Under the pieces are notes generated by a model. That model made no database searches and had not been told where the DNA came from. It was given only the letters and a program-made list of their open reading frames with translations. From sequence record DRR723986_28680: a stretch of DNA of 48,958 bases; one strand, written 5' to 3'. The translations under genes were made by a program, and so were the position numbers. Each line of letters starts with the position of its first letter. The stretch's first letter is position 1. Below, in pieces: positions 27,791 to 37,184 of this stretch.

Positions 27791-29394
27791 CGTTTAAGAA
27801 TCCAACTCGAAAACCCATCCTTCGCTTTCAAATTCTCCCCCGCTTCAACGGCTGATGGTCTATCAAGATGACAACTTGAAGAAACATAGTTGAGTTTTGA
27901 ACCAATAATCACCTCTGCACGGTAGCCTTTACTGATTAACTCTTCTTTTCGTTTATGTGCATTTTCAAGAATTGAAAAAGAGCCGCATATAACGTGATAG
28001 GAACAATCAACTGGATTATCAATCTGCTTTTTAGCGAATTTAGAGGGATCTAATTTGGTGGTTTTTGACCAATTCAACACTGGATCAATTGGCAAACTAA
28101 TGTCAACATTCCCTACAATTGTATCTGAAACAACCGGTTCAATTTCATCTTCGCGAATTTGATTTCCTACTGAACTTTTAGTTGGCCAAAACGAAGACAA
28201 ATCTATCCCGAAAATTGAATTGCCAGTGCGCAAGCTGTCCAGGTGAAAATCCTTAAAAATCTCTATTCTACCCGAATAACAGGCCACCCAAATTTCAGAT
28301 GCATCCCAATTTGCGCAAATGCCTATTGGTTTTTCAGATGTTTCAACCGTTTCCATAATTTCCATTTTTTTCGCATCAATTTTCGAAAAAGAATGGTCAA
28401 AATAATTGACGCAATACAGGTAATTACCAGAAGGAGAAACCACCATAGAACGTGGTCCACTGGCTGTTTTACAGTATTTTTTTGATTGATTGTAACGATT
28501 ATATTGCAGAATTTTATTGCTTGAATTCAAGCTAACATACAACAAACTATCGTTATTACTCAACACCAAATGTCTAGGTGATCGTCCAACATCTCTGATA
28601 TAATTTACCTCATAAGAATTGAGGTCTACTTCAGCAATTTTTGTTGAGCCCATAACTGTGACATAAGCAGTTTTACTATCTGCTGTAATGTCAATACCTC
28701 TAGGATGTGCGCCAATTGAAACTGTTTTTTTGACTTTTTCGGTTGATAAATCCACTATTGAAATATCACTTGACGTCCAATTTGATACAATGAGGGTTTG
28801 TTGATCTTCTGAAATGGCAATGTATTTTGGCACCGCTCCTACTTTCACGACAGCTTCTATTTCAAAAGATGTACAATTGATTTTATAAATAAAACTCGGG
28901 TCAAACTCCTTACCAATACAGGCATCACAACCAGGTTGTTCGAACCCAGTGCCAATCATGCTGTAATTAGATACCCACAAATACTTGCCATCTTTCGTAA
29001 AAGCCGCCTCTACCGGACCACCTCTATAATTCTCGTTTTCATATTCTTTAAAACCGAATTTTCTAAGGTTGACTCCATCCTTAATTTTTGCAAGACGTTG
29101 ACCTGATGAATTATAAATAGTAACGGTATGACGATACATCATATTTTGGGCGGCAAAAAGGCCTGTTCCGCTACTTACAACTGATTTGGGTGAAATGCCA
29201 TCACGAATCTCATGCTTTTTAACAATATACGAACGAGATTGAGCTAAACTTGAGTATGAACTGAGAGTAAGTACTACGACTCCAATATAAGCTGCAATTC
29301 TTTGATACCATTTACTTTTTCGGTTTCGCCCTTTTTGTTGTAGGCAACCGTTAAGTTGGTCAGCATGCGCTTTAATATTTCGGTGTTTGAGCAC
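27787..29394 (-). CDS. YVTN/YncE-like beta-propeller protein with a C-terminal SPOR domain
   Basis: Repeats VGAVPK..., IGAHPRG..., VGRSPRH..., SGPRS...; YHVICGSFSILENA SPOR start; start codon uncertain. Confidence 0.8.
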   Translation of the reverse strand: MLKHRNIKAHADQLNGCLQQKGRNRKSKWYQRIAAYIGVVVLTLSSYSSLAQSRSYIVKKHEIRDGISPKSVVSSGTGLFAAQNMMYRHTVTIYNSSGQRLAKIKDGVNLRKFGFKEYENENYRGGPVEAAFTKDGKYLWVSNYSMIGTGFEQPGCDACIGKEFDPSFIYKINCTSFEIEAVVKVGAVPKYIAISEDQQTLIVSNWTSSDISIVDLSTEKVKKTVSIGAHPRGIDITADSKTAYVTVMGSTKIAEVDLNSYEVNYIRDVGRSPRHLVLSNNDSLLYVSLNSSNKILQYNRYNQSKKYCKTASGPRSMVVSPSGNYLYCVNYFDHSFSKIDAKKMEIMETVETSEKPIGICANWDASEIWVACYSGRIEIFKDFHLDSLRTGNSIFGIDLSSFWPTKSSVGNQIREDEIEPVVSDTIVGNVDISLPIDPVLNWSKTTKLDPSKFAKKQIDNPVDCSYHVICGSFSILENAHKRKEELISKGYRAEVIIGSKLNYVSSSCHLDRPSAVEAGENLKAKDGFSSWILKR

Positions 29395-30179
29395 GGTTCA
29401 AAATAGTTCTTCTGTAAAGGTAAGTTTAAACTTCGAAGATAATTCTCTATCTCATTGTGATCAAAGATTCTTCCTTTACTAAACGGATTAATGTAAAACA
29501 GAATATTTCTGTCATCTGTTAATCCTAACATCTTCAATGTCTGAAATTCGTCTACGAAGCCAAGAACGAAATGGTTAGGCAGATTTACGCCATAAATTGG
29601 TATTTGCAATTTTTGAGCGATTACCGAATAAACTATTGATAATGAAAGTGGGTTTCCTTTCTTAGAAGTTAGCACTGTATTGATGTACGAATTCTCTTCA
29701 GAGTAAAAATTGCTTTTACTAGATTCAAATCCACACAAATCGAAAATCACATGATTGAAAATCTTTACGATTTCAAAGGCCGTGTTTTCTTCATTGATTT
29801 CTAACCAAACTTTTTGTTTGATTTTGTCCAATTCAAGTTCTATATCTTGCTCTTTGACTTCCGGAAATTCAAACTTTGAAATGATCAAAGAACCTTTCAA
29901 TAAATCTCTCGTGGTAGATTCTCTCCAAGCTTGCAAATCATTCTTTACCTGATTAAAATGAATCTCCTTAATTACTTGTTGAATACGATCACCGTGTCCA
30001 GTATCGTCAAAAGCAAATTGACCCGACCGCGAACTTAAGGTCTGTTCAAGCGAAGGAACAATTTCTTGACCAAGTTCGATCAACCGTTGTTTTACATGTC
30101 CGAATATATTCGGATCTGGATCTTCAACTAACCTGATTAAGGCTGTGAGTTGATTTGTATCTGCATTCAATGTTTCCAC
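29274..30179 (-). CDS. Transglutaminase-like (Transglut_core2/SirB1) protein
   Basis: NSYINTVL..KKGNPLSLSIVY, GVNLPNHF, YINPF, ILKRMLTNL. Confidence 0.85.
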   Translation of the reverse strand: METLNADTNQLTALIRLVEDPDPNIFGHVKQRLIELGQEIVPSLEQTLSSRSGQFAFDDTGHGDRIQQVIKEIHFNQVKNDLQAWRESTTRDLLKGSLIISKFEFPEVKEQDIELELDKIKQKVWLEINEENTAFEIVKIFNHVIFDLCGFESSKSNFYSEENSYINTVLTSKKGNPLSLSIVYSVIAQKLQIPIYGVNLPNHFVLGFVDEFQTLKMLGLTDDRNILFYINPFSKGRIFDHNEIENYLRSLNLPLQKNYFEPCSNTEILKRMLTNLTVAYNKKGETEKVNGIKELQLILES

Positions 30180-30184
30180 TGCTA

Positions 30185-30192
30185 CAAATGTA
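30185..30192 (-). promoter_or_regulatory. -7 element TACATTTG, 5 nt before GTG start
   Basis: CAAATGTA on + strand. Confidence 0.6.
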
Positions 30193-30359
30193 CGGTGGTC
30201 GACAGGGCATTTATTTTCAGAGGGTTAAATGTTTTTCACTAAGGCTTGTTAGCTTACCTGAATAAAGAGAATAGATTAAATCAGCTAACCACCTGTAAAA
30301 CAAGTTTTTAACAGAATAAATTAAAACGTTAAAAAACCTAAATTTCAGTATAAAAAAAG

Positions 30360-31232
30360 CTATTTAGCTGTGAGTCTGTCTAAAACAGTTTTCACAAGGG
30401 CCTTCATATTCTCTTTATATTCTGGCATAAATTCATTAGAATAACGATTTGCTAGAACCAAACAGCAAGTTACAGCCTCATGTCCTAAAGCTGCCGACAA
30501 TGCATAAATAGCAGAAGTTTCCATTTCAAGATTTGTGGCGCGTGCACCGTCCCAACGATATTTTCGTAAGTTTTCTTTGAAATCAGGGGCAATGAGAGGA
30601 ATTCGAATAGCTCTTCCTTGAGGACCATAAAATCCGTTTGCTGTTGTAGTTATCCCTTCTTCCATCCCTTCACTTAATAGGTCACGTAATCTGTCACTAC
30701 TTCTTTTAATGTAAGGTCTATTCAGCTGTTCACCCCACTTGGTAACCGAAATGTATTCAGCTAAAGCGGCATTCTCATCTGCCGAATAAGGTATCTGATA
30801 AAAATTTGCCATACCGTCTATGCCTACTGCATACTTGGATATCACATGAGAACCTGGCTTGATATCTTCTTGCAAAGCCCCGCAAGTTCCTATCCTCACA
30901 AAATCTAAACTAACTTTTTGATCCTTTTCTTTGCGCTCTTTTAAATCGATATTAAATACCGCATCAATCTCTGTCAATACAATATCTACATTATCGGTAC
31001 CTATTCCTGTTGATACGCATGAAATTTTATGGCCATTATAGGTTCCTGTTATTGAACAAAACTCCCTATTTTGAACTTTGAAAGAAATATCATCAAAAAA
31101 TTCTCCAACTAAATCTACCCGATTTTGGTCACCAACCAGAATAATAGTCTCAGCCAAATCACCCGGGCCAATTCCTAAATGATATATGTTTCCGTTTTTA
31201 TCTAGGGTTAATTCTGAAGCTTCAAATGCCAT
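30360..31232 (-). CDS. Nucleoside (uridine-type) phosphorylase, PNP_UDP_1 family
   Basis: IYHL, VGDQNRV, STGIGTDN, RIGTCG, GFYGPQGR, NLEMETS. Confidence 0.92.
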   Translation of the reverse strand: MAFEASELTLDKNGNIYHLGIGPGDLAETIILVGDQNRVDLVGEFFDDISFKVQNREFCSITGTYNGHKISCVSTGIGTDNVDIVLTEIDAVFNIDLKERKEKDQKVSLDFVRIGTCGALQEDIKPGSHVISKYAVGIDGMANFYQIPYSADENAALAEYISVTKWGEQLNRPYIKRSSDRLRDLLSEGMEEGITTTANGFYGPQGRAIRIPLIAPDFKENLRKYRWDGARATNLEMETSAIYALSAALGHEAVTCCLVLANRYSNEFMPEYKENMKALVKTVLDRLTAK

Positions 31233-31234
31233 AG

Positions 31235-32827
31235 TTAATCTTTTGTAAGGACTCTAATCTTTGTAGAATCATTGGCTGGTATAAGCTCAATAATTTCTTC
31301 AATAAAATTAGGATATTTAATCATATACGGAATGAAATTCTCGTAACGTTCTTGAAATCCACCATTGGGATAAATCTGGTTCTTTATTTTATCAAGCTTT
31401 TTCTCTAACCCCTCAAACTTGCTTTTCTCAGCCTTGATCAGTTTTGATTCAATTCTTTCTAAACTTTTGGCAAATTTAGAGAACTCAGCTTCAACCATAT
31501 TTGTCAGCCCAGGATTTATTTTGTTAGCCTTTTCTTTGATGGAAGATTCAGCTTCTGCGATTAACTTTCGTGGAGATGTTAAATCAATAGCTGGATTAGC
31601 TTCTTCGAGTGCCATATCTTTAATGAGATGATCAACACCAATTTTCAGATCTAACAAATCAATTTCATTCTCATTCAACAATTGTTGTTGTTTTGAATTT
31701 AGGATTAGAATTGAATCACGCACTTTTAAAAGAGGGTAAGTCAAATTCAATGCATTAAATACTGACTTTAATTGCAACCAATAGGCAATTTCTCCTCCTC
31801 CACCAATGTAGGCTAGATTAGGTAGTATACTTTCTTGATAAACCGGTCTTAATAAAGCATTTGGCGAAAAATTTTCCGGATTACTTTCTATAGCATCAAG
31901 TAACTGTTCTTTAGAAAATTCTCTGTTAGCAAACTTAAAGCTGTCGTCTTCAAGAAGTATTCTGTGCCGAGCGCCTGATTCATCAATAAAAAACAAATTA
32001 CATTCACGAACATATACTTGCTGATGATATCCAGCTAAATCAAGTTCTTTATTTACCTCATTTACCTTTGTGTAAGTCAAAGATTCTTGAACCTCTTTTT
32101 TAAATATCGGTTTGAAAAGAGCTTTCAATTCAAGATCATCCCCATCAATAATAACCAAGCCTTTATCACCAAAAAGCATGTTCATCAGAAATCGGGTTGC
32201 TGCCGCCAAACTCTTTGTTGATTGATAAGCCTCTAAAAATTTCCTAACAATTTCTTTTGCATCTGGATCTGCAAATTTTTCATCAATTTGATCAATAAAC
32301 CCATTAATTCCTGCGGTATTAATTCTTCCTGCAATTACATTTTCTTGGTCGGCTTTGTTCCATTCAAACTTTTGCCCAAATAAATGGATATGATTGATTT
32401 CTTCAAAATCATGGTCCTCAGTTGCCATCCAAAAAACTGGAATAAATTGATTACCTGAATGTTGTTTATTGAGTTGTTGGGTGATTGACAAAACTTGAGC
32501 TACCTTATAAATTGAATACAACGGGCCAGTCAATAAACTAAGTTGATGACCTGTTGTAATAGTGTAGGTTGTTTCTTCATTCAATGATTCAATATTGGCT
32601 TTCGTTTGTCCACTTAAGTTTATTTGATCATTCTGCCTGAACAATGCCTGAACCAAGGTGCTTCTTCTTTCAGCTGAAAAGCTTTTTGCTTCTATCTGTT
32701 TATAGACATGATCAAGGTCAAAAAACGTATTTAAGAATGGTTCTACTTTGGGTGATTCCTCAATTAAATCTCTAACCAATTGAGACGAAAACTTCAATTC
32801 ACTGAATGAATAATCAGATTTTATCAT
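31235..32827 (-). CDS. bshC: Bacillithiol biosynthesis cysteine-adding enzyme
   Basis: TTGHQL..GPLY, PVFWMATEDHDFEEI, FSPNALLRP, YIGGGGEIAYW, QER. Confidence 0.95.
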   Translation of the reverse strand: MIKSDYSFSELKFSSQLVRDLIEESPKVEPFLNTFFDLDHVYKQIEAKSFSAERRSTLVQALFRQNDQINLSGQTKANIESLNEETTYTITTGHQLSLLTGPLYSIYKVAQVLSITQQLNKQHSGNQFIPVFWMATEDHDFEEINHIHLFGQKFEWNKADQENVIAGRINTAGINGFIDQIDEKFADPDAKEIVRKFLEAYQSTKSLAAATRFLMNMLFGDKGLVIIDGDDLELKALFKPIFKKEVQESLTYTKVNEVNKELDLAGYHQQVYVRECNLFFIDESGARHRILLEDDSFKFANREFSKEQLLDAIESNPENFSPNALLRPVYQESILPNLAYIGGGGEIAYWLQLKSVFNALNLTYPLLKVRDSILILNSKQQQLLNENEIDLLDLKIGVDHLIKDMALEEANPAIDLTSPRKLIAEAESSIKEKANKINPGLTNMVEAEFSKFAKSLERIESKLIKAEKSKFEGLEKKLDKIKNQIYPNGGFQERYENFIPYMIKYPNFIEEIIELIPANDSTKIRVLTKD

Positions 32828-32831
32828 AGTA

Positions 32832-32839
32832 CAAAGTTA
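32832..32839 (-). promoter_or_regulatory. -7 element TAACTTTG, 4 nt before bshC ATG
   Basis: CAAAGTTA on + strand. Confidence 0.65.
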
Positions 32840-32853
32840 AACATCTTGGGCAC

Positions 32854-32878
32854 AAAAAAAGCCGACATTGCCGGCTTT
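32854..32878 (-). terminator. Intrinsic terminator
   Basis: Minus strand AAAGCCGGC-AAT-GTCGGCTTTTTTT, just after the stop at 32898. Confidence 0.8.
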
Positions 32879-32897
32879 AACAATTCTTTGATTTTTA

Positions 32898-33350
32898 TTA
32901 ATAGAAGGGTCCTCTGGAATAGCCAGACATGCTCATGAACTGAGCAAATCCTATCAAAAAGAAGAATGCTCCAATGATCGCAAGAATTCCTGTAGCCAAC
33001 CAAAATTGCTTTTGTTTTAAAAAAGCTTTTTCTAAATCGGCCTTAGAATTGGAGGATATATATGCTTTATAAGCAACTCCTGCCTTATAGAGGGTTAGAA
33101 TCAATAAAACTTCTCCTACTAGAATTAATACCATAAATATAATTGGGCCACCCATTTGGCTCATCACCTGTCCAGGAACTTCTGCAATCATTTTGAACCA
33201 TAAAACTACTACCATTGCGAGGACGCCAAGACTAATCATAGCTACAATTCTCATCCAATTAAAGGCATCCTTTAAATTAGCCTTCATTGATCCGGTAAGC
33301 CCATCATCTACATTTCCATCTAAGTCATCATCAATAGTTAAATCTTCCAT
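32898..33350 (-). CDS. Three-TM membrane protein, DUF5362-like
   Basis: Acidic N-tail, WMRIVAM, LEKAF..QKQFW...GIL pattern. Confidence 0.6.
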   Translation of the reverse strand: MEDLTIDDDLDGNVDDGLTGSMKANLKDAFNWMRIVAMISLGVLAMVVVLWFKMIAEVPGQVMSQMGGPIIFMVLILVGEVLLILTLYKAGVAYKAYISSNSKADLEKAFLKQKQFWLATGILAIIGAFFFLIGFAQFMSMSGYSRGPFY

Positions 33351-33406
33351 AGTTAGGTTTTTAGATTAGAATTACGAATAAAGTCAAAAATTCTCAGTTT
33401 AAAAAG

Positions 33407-33414
33407 TAATTTTG
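33407..33414 (+). promoter_or_regulatory. -7 element TAATTTTG
   Basis: 40 nt upstream of the cyclophilin ATG. Confidence 0.55.
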
Positions 33415-33454
33415 TAAATGAGAGAAAAATCTAATAACCTAGAAATAAATTTAA

Positions 33455-33883
33455 ATGAAAGCAACAATCACTACAAACAAAGGAGTAATGGTAGCAGAGT
33501 TATACGCCGAAGAAACTCCCATCACAGTTTCAAACTTTGTAAAACTGGCTAATGAAGGTTTTTACAACGGCCTTACTTGGCACCGAGTACTTCCGGATTT
33601 TGTTATTCAAGGGGGATGCCCAGATGGAACAGGGGCCGGCGGGCCAGGTTACCAAATAGAATGTGAAGTAACTGCTCCTAAACAGCACCATGACAGAGGT
33701 GTACTCTCAATGGCGCATGCTGGACGTAATACTGGCGGATCTCAATTCTTTGTTTGTCACAGCAGAAACAACACAGCTCATTTAGATGGAAATCATACTT
33801 GCTTTGGAAAAGTAATTGAAGGCGTTGATGTTGTTGATGACATTCGTGTTGGTGACACAATTGAGAGTATAGTTATCTCATAA
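33455..33883 (+). CDS. Cyclophilin-type peptidyl-prolyl isomerase
   Basis: [40 protein letters not shown]. Confidence 0.95.
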   Translation: MKATITTNKGVMVAELYAEETPITVSNFVKLANEGFYNGLTWHRVLPDFVIQGGCPDGTGAGGPGYQIECEVTAPKQHHDRGVLSMAHAGRNTGGSQFFVCHSRNNTAHLDGNHTCFGKVIEGVDVVDDIRVGDTIESIVIS

Positions 33884-33891
33884 TTAAGGAA

Positions 33892-34530
33892 ATGGCTAAA
33901 ACAGTTGACGAATATTTTTTAAAAATTGATAAATGGAAAGAAGAGTTGTCTGAATTACGGACAATTCTTCTTGACTGTTTGCTCCAAGAGGAAATCAAAT
34001 GGGGGAATCCTTGCTACACCTATAATGGTAAAAACATTATTTTGTTGGGAGGATTCAAGAATTATTGTGTCATCAGTTTTATCAAAGGGTCTTTACTTAA
34101 GGATGCTGAAAACATTTTAAGTCAACAAGGAGAAAACACTCAAAGCGCTAGAGTAATAAAATTCACCAGTATCGCAGAAATTCAAGAATTAACTGCAGTA
34201 ATAAAATCCTATATTTTTGAGGCGGTTGAAGTTGAAAAACTTGGCTTAAAAGTAAAATTTTCTAAAAGCACAGAACTAGAACTCCCAGTAGAATTGACCG
34301 AATTCATGAATCGGAAAACTGCGTTTAAAACTGCCTTTTATAAGCTCAGTCCTGGCCGACAAAAAGGCTACATTTTACATTTTTCTGGAGCGAAAAAATC
34401 TGAAACGAGAACTGCCAGAATTGAAAGTTGTGAGCAACGAATTCTTGATGGATATGGTTTTAGAGACTGTACCTGCGGGCTTTCAAAACGCAAACCCAAT
34501 TGTGACGGCTCGCATAAGACTTTAGCATAA
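33892..34530 (+). CDS. DUF1801/YdeI-OmdA protein with a C-terminal CDGSH iron-sulfur motif
   Basis: EEIKWGNPCY, SFIKGSLLKD, LSPGRQKGY..AKKSETR; CTCGLSKRKPNCDGSH. Confidence 0.88.
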   Translation: MAKTVDEYFLKIDKWKEELSELRTILLDCLLQEEIKWGNPCYTYNGKNIILLGGFKNYCVISFIKGSLLKDAENILSQQGENTQSARVIKFTSIAEIQELTAVIKSYIFEAVEVEKLGLKVKFSKSTELELPVELTEFMNRKTAFKTAFYKLSPGRQKGYILHFSGAKKSETRTARIESCEQRILDGYGFRDCTCGLSKRKPNCDGSHKTLA

Positions 34531-34531
34531 T

Positions 34532-34966
34532 ATGTCTGATAAAAAGTTTAACTTTTGGCAAAAATGGCTCACCTATTCCAACGTATTGGTAGTCATCATT
34601 GGACTACTTGTGGCATTTGCTGGAAATTCATTTTTATTTGATGTTCACAATTCTAAAACAGCTGATATCTACTTCGCAGAAAAGGGGCTAAACGCTGAAG
34701 CATTGGCCTTTAAGAACTGGATGTTCGGCATCATTGGCGGAACAATTGTAGGATTCCACATTTTAATGATTTTCATTTCAGAATTTGCATTCAAAAAGAA
34801 AGAAAAATGGGCCTACTTCGCCATGTGGACAGGAATGATCAGTTGGTTCTGTATAGACAGTTCATTATCCATACACTACGGTGCAATACACAATGTTTAT
34901 CTTATAAACCTTCCAGGATTTGTAATGGTATGCCTTCCGTTGATTTTTACGAGAAAAGCTTTTTAA
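34532..34966 (+). CDS. Four-TM hypothetical membrane protein
   Basis: Hydrophobic segments; WFCIDS, N...IN motif. Confidence 0.7.
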   Translation: MSDKKFNFWQKWLTYSNVLVVIIGLLVAFAGNSFLFDVHNSKTADIYFAEKGLNAEALAFKNWMFGIIGGTIVGFHILMIFISEFAFKKKEKWAYFAMWTGMISWFCIDSSLSIHYGAIHNVYLINLPGFVMVCLPLIFTRKAF

Positions 34967-34969
34967 GAA

Positions 34970-35233
34970 CTACTCTCCTTCCCCTATTTGACCAGCAATT
35001 GATGGGCAAGTTTCTTCGAGAGCTAAACCCCAACCTTCATCTGCAAAAGTCACGGCATCATATTTTCCCATAATTTGAAGGTCACATTCGTAAAAATCAA
35101 TATCAAAATCGCCGAAAGTCTCTTTCTCCATACATCCGCAAAATTCTTCAGCAGCTTTCCCTTGATCTTCTGTATATCCACCACATGATGCTAGTAATAA
35201 TCCTGCGGCAATAATAAATGTTCCTTTTTTCAT
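34970..35233 (-). CDS. Small acidic lipoprotein with four Cys
   Basis: Start moved to ATG 35233 (MKKGTFIIAAGLLLASC); FCGC, YEC, ETCP. Confidence 0.75.
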   Translation of the reverse strand: MKKGTFIIAAGLLLASCGGYTEDQGKAAEEFCGCMEKETFGDFDIDFYECDLQIMGKYDAVTFADEGWGLALEETCPSIAGQIGEGE

Positions 35234-35286
35234 TGTAAAATATGTTTGATTTTTTTTTAAGTCTTGCACTAAAATAGCATTTTTAA

Positions 35287-35586
35287 TTAAGCTAAAAAAA
35301 CGTCATCTATTATATCAGTGCCTGAAACTGCGTTTATTTTTAAGACAATTTGCGATCGTTGCTGCATCAATTCATCACGCATCACGGATGAATTCATCTC
35401 TAGATACAATACGCGATTTTTAATGTATTTTTTCTCTGTACGTTTAGCAACTGCCGACCCCATTATTTCTTCCCATTTGACTAATACTGAGGCCTCATGC
35501 ATCTTCTTATCCATTCCCACCGCCTTCAAAAACCCATCCATGGACTCTTTCATAGACTTGCTGTCTTCGTTTCTATTTTTTTTCAA
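35287..35586 (-). CDS. DUF721/DciA-family protein
   Basis: WEEIMG..VA..T, LYL..SSVMRDEL; overlaps the recF end. Confidence 0.88.
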   Translation of the reverse strand: MKKNRNEDSKSMKESMDGFLKAVGMDKKMHEASVLVKWEEIMGSAVAKRTEKKYIKNRVLYLEMNSSVMRDELMQQRSQIVLKINAVSGTDIIDDVFLA

Positions 35587-36676
35587 CTGTTCCTCCTTTC
35601 ACTTCAAAAACAAACCGTTCAATGTCAATAGAATCAAATACCTTTTCAATTCTGTCCGCATCCGTATCACTGATGAATACCTGACCAAACTCATGGTCTG
35701 AAACCAATTTCATTAAATGCTTTACGCGTTCATGATCTAACTTATCAAAGATATCATCCAACAACAGAATCGGCTTCGTTTTTAGTAAGTTACGAATCAT
35801 TTCAAATTGCGCCAATTTCAAGGCAATTAAAAAAGATTTTTGCTGGCCTTGAGAACCAAACTTTTTAATCGGTTGTCCGTGAATCAAAAACACCAAATCA
35901 TCTTTATGAATCCCTACAGTAGAATATCCAACAGCCGAATCTTTTCGTTTTGCAAGTTCTAGCTGTTCAGCAAAATTACCTTCACTTAATTGTGATTCAT
36001 AAGAAATGGATATCTCTTCAGATTGATTGGAAATCAAGTCAAAATAACGTTGAAATACCGGAATAAACTCGGTAAGAAACGCCTTTCTTTTCTCAAAAAT
36101 AAGTTCTCCCAAATTCACTAGTTGTGCATTCCACACTTCAATGCTTTCTTGATCAAAAATTCTAAGCTCTTGAAATTGCTTAAGCAATGCATTTCTCTGC
36201 TGCAATACTTTGTTGTATCTTATCAACGAGTCTAGATACGAACGGTCATACTGAGAAATAATGCTATCAATAAATTTCCGTCTTGTTTCAGAACCTTCGA
36301 TTATCAAATTTGTATCGTAAGGCGATATCACAACGGCAGGTAGCTCTCCTATATGTTCTGATAGTTTTTCATACTCCTTTTTATTTCGCTTTACCTTCTT
36401 TTTTTGTCCAATCTGAACAGAAATCCGAATGTCTAACTTTTTATCTGCTTTCAAATAAGAGCTATTCAAAAGAAAAAATTTCTCTCCGATCCGTATACTC
36501 TGTTTATCAATTGGATTCAAGAAAGACTTACAAAAAGAAAGGTAATAAATGGCATCCAGCATATTCGTTTTTCCTTGTCCATTGTTTCCTACAAAAACAT
36601 TGATCTCTGGACTCAACGTAATGTTGGCCTCTTCATAGTTTTTGAAATTGATAATGGATAACTCGTGTAGATGCAT
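35573..36676 (-). CDS. recF: DNA replication/repair protein RecF
   Basis: NFKNY, GNNGQGKTN, GIHKDD, GSQGQQK, LLLDD; start moved to ATG 36676 because the called TTG lies inside the -7 box. Confidence 0.96.
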   Translation of the reverse strand: MHLHELSIINFKNYEEANITLSPEINVFVGNNGQGKTNMLDAIYYLSFCKSFLNPIDKQSIRIGEKFFLLNSSYLKADKKLDIRISVQIGQKKKVKRNKKEYEKLSEHIGELPAVVISPYDTNLIIEGSETRRKFIDSIISQYDRSYLDSLIRYNKVLQQRNALLKQFQELRIFDQESIEVWNAQLVNLGELIFEKRKAFLTEFIPVFQRYFDLISNQSEEISISYESQLSEGNFAEQLELAKRKDSAVGYSTVGIHKDDLVFLIHGQPIKKFGSQGQQKSFLIALKLAQFEMIRNLLKTKPILLLDDIFDKLDHERVKHLMKLVSDHEFGQVFISDTDADRIEKVFDSIDIERFVFEVKGGTVEKK

Positions 36677-36682
36677 CAGGAA

Positions 36683-36729
36683 CAAAGATAAGTATATTCA
36701 AATTGGATGAATAGGAATCTTTATCTTTG
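36683..36729. promoter_or_regulatory. Back-to-back -7 elements, both TATCTTTG (- 36690-83; + 36722-29)
   Basis: 6 nt and 4 nt from the respective ATGs. Confidence 0.65.
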
Positions 36730-36733
36730 TGAC

Positions 36734-37183
36734 ATGTATTCTCAATTAAATCTTCCACCCGCCGACATCAAGTTAAAAGGCGATAAAATCTGGTGTCGAT
36801 TGAGAAAAAAATACTTTAAATCTACCCCAGAAGAATGGGTGCGTCAGCATTTCATCCATTATCTAATTGATGAAAAAAAGTATCCAGAAGGAAGGTTAAT
36901 AAGCGAACATCTTGTAGTCTACAATGGTATGAATAAACGTTGCGACATTGCTTTATTCAACGAACTTTTAGAGGTTGATTTAATCGTTGAATGTAAAGCT
37001 CCGAAAGTTAAACTGACAGAAGACACGTTTTTCCAGGCAGCACGTTACAATAAGGTGTTGAATGCATCTTACCTGATCTTAACTAACGGTATTGAACATT
37101 ATTGCGCCTTTATTGACACGAACCAAAACGAATTAAAATATTTAGAAGATATTCCCGCCTATTCCGAATTGAATAAGCATTGA
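36734..37183 (+). CDS. Standalone HsdR N-terminal-like (HSDR_N_2) PD-(D/E)xK protein
   Basis: LNLP, TPEEWVRQH, RCDI...VECK, QAARYN, LTNG; start moved to ATG 36734. Confidence 0.88.
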   Translation: MYSQLNLPPADIKLKGDKIWCRLRKKYFKSTPEEWVRQHFIHYLIDEKKYPEGRLISEHLVVYNGMNKRCDIALFNELLEVDLIVECKAPKVKLTEDTFFQAARYNKVLNASYLILTNGIEHYCAFIDTNQNELKYLEDIPAYSELNKH

Positions 37184-37184
37184 A

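Noticed and set aside
30193..30359. Imperfect inverted repeats (AAGGCTTGTT/AACAAGTTTT, GTTAGCT/AGCTAAC) as a possible ncRNA
   Set aside because: Short, AT-rich and mutually competing; not distinguishable from chance by eye.
36734..37183. Type I restriction-modification system
   Set aside because: 149-aa standalone domain without helicase motifs, hsdM or hsdS.
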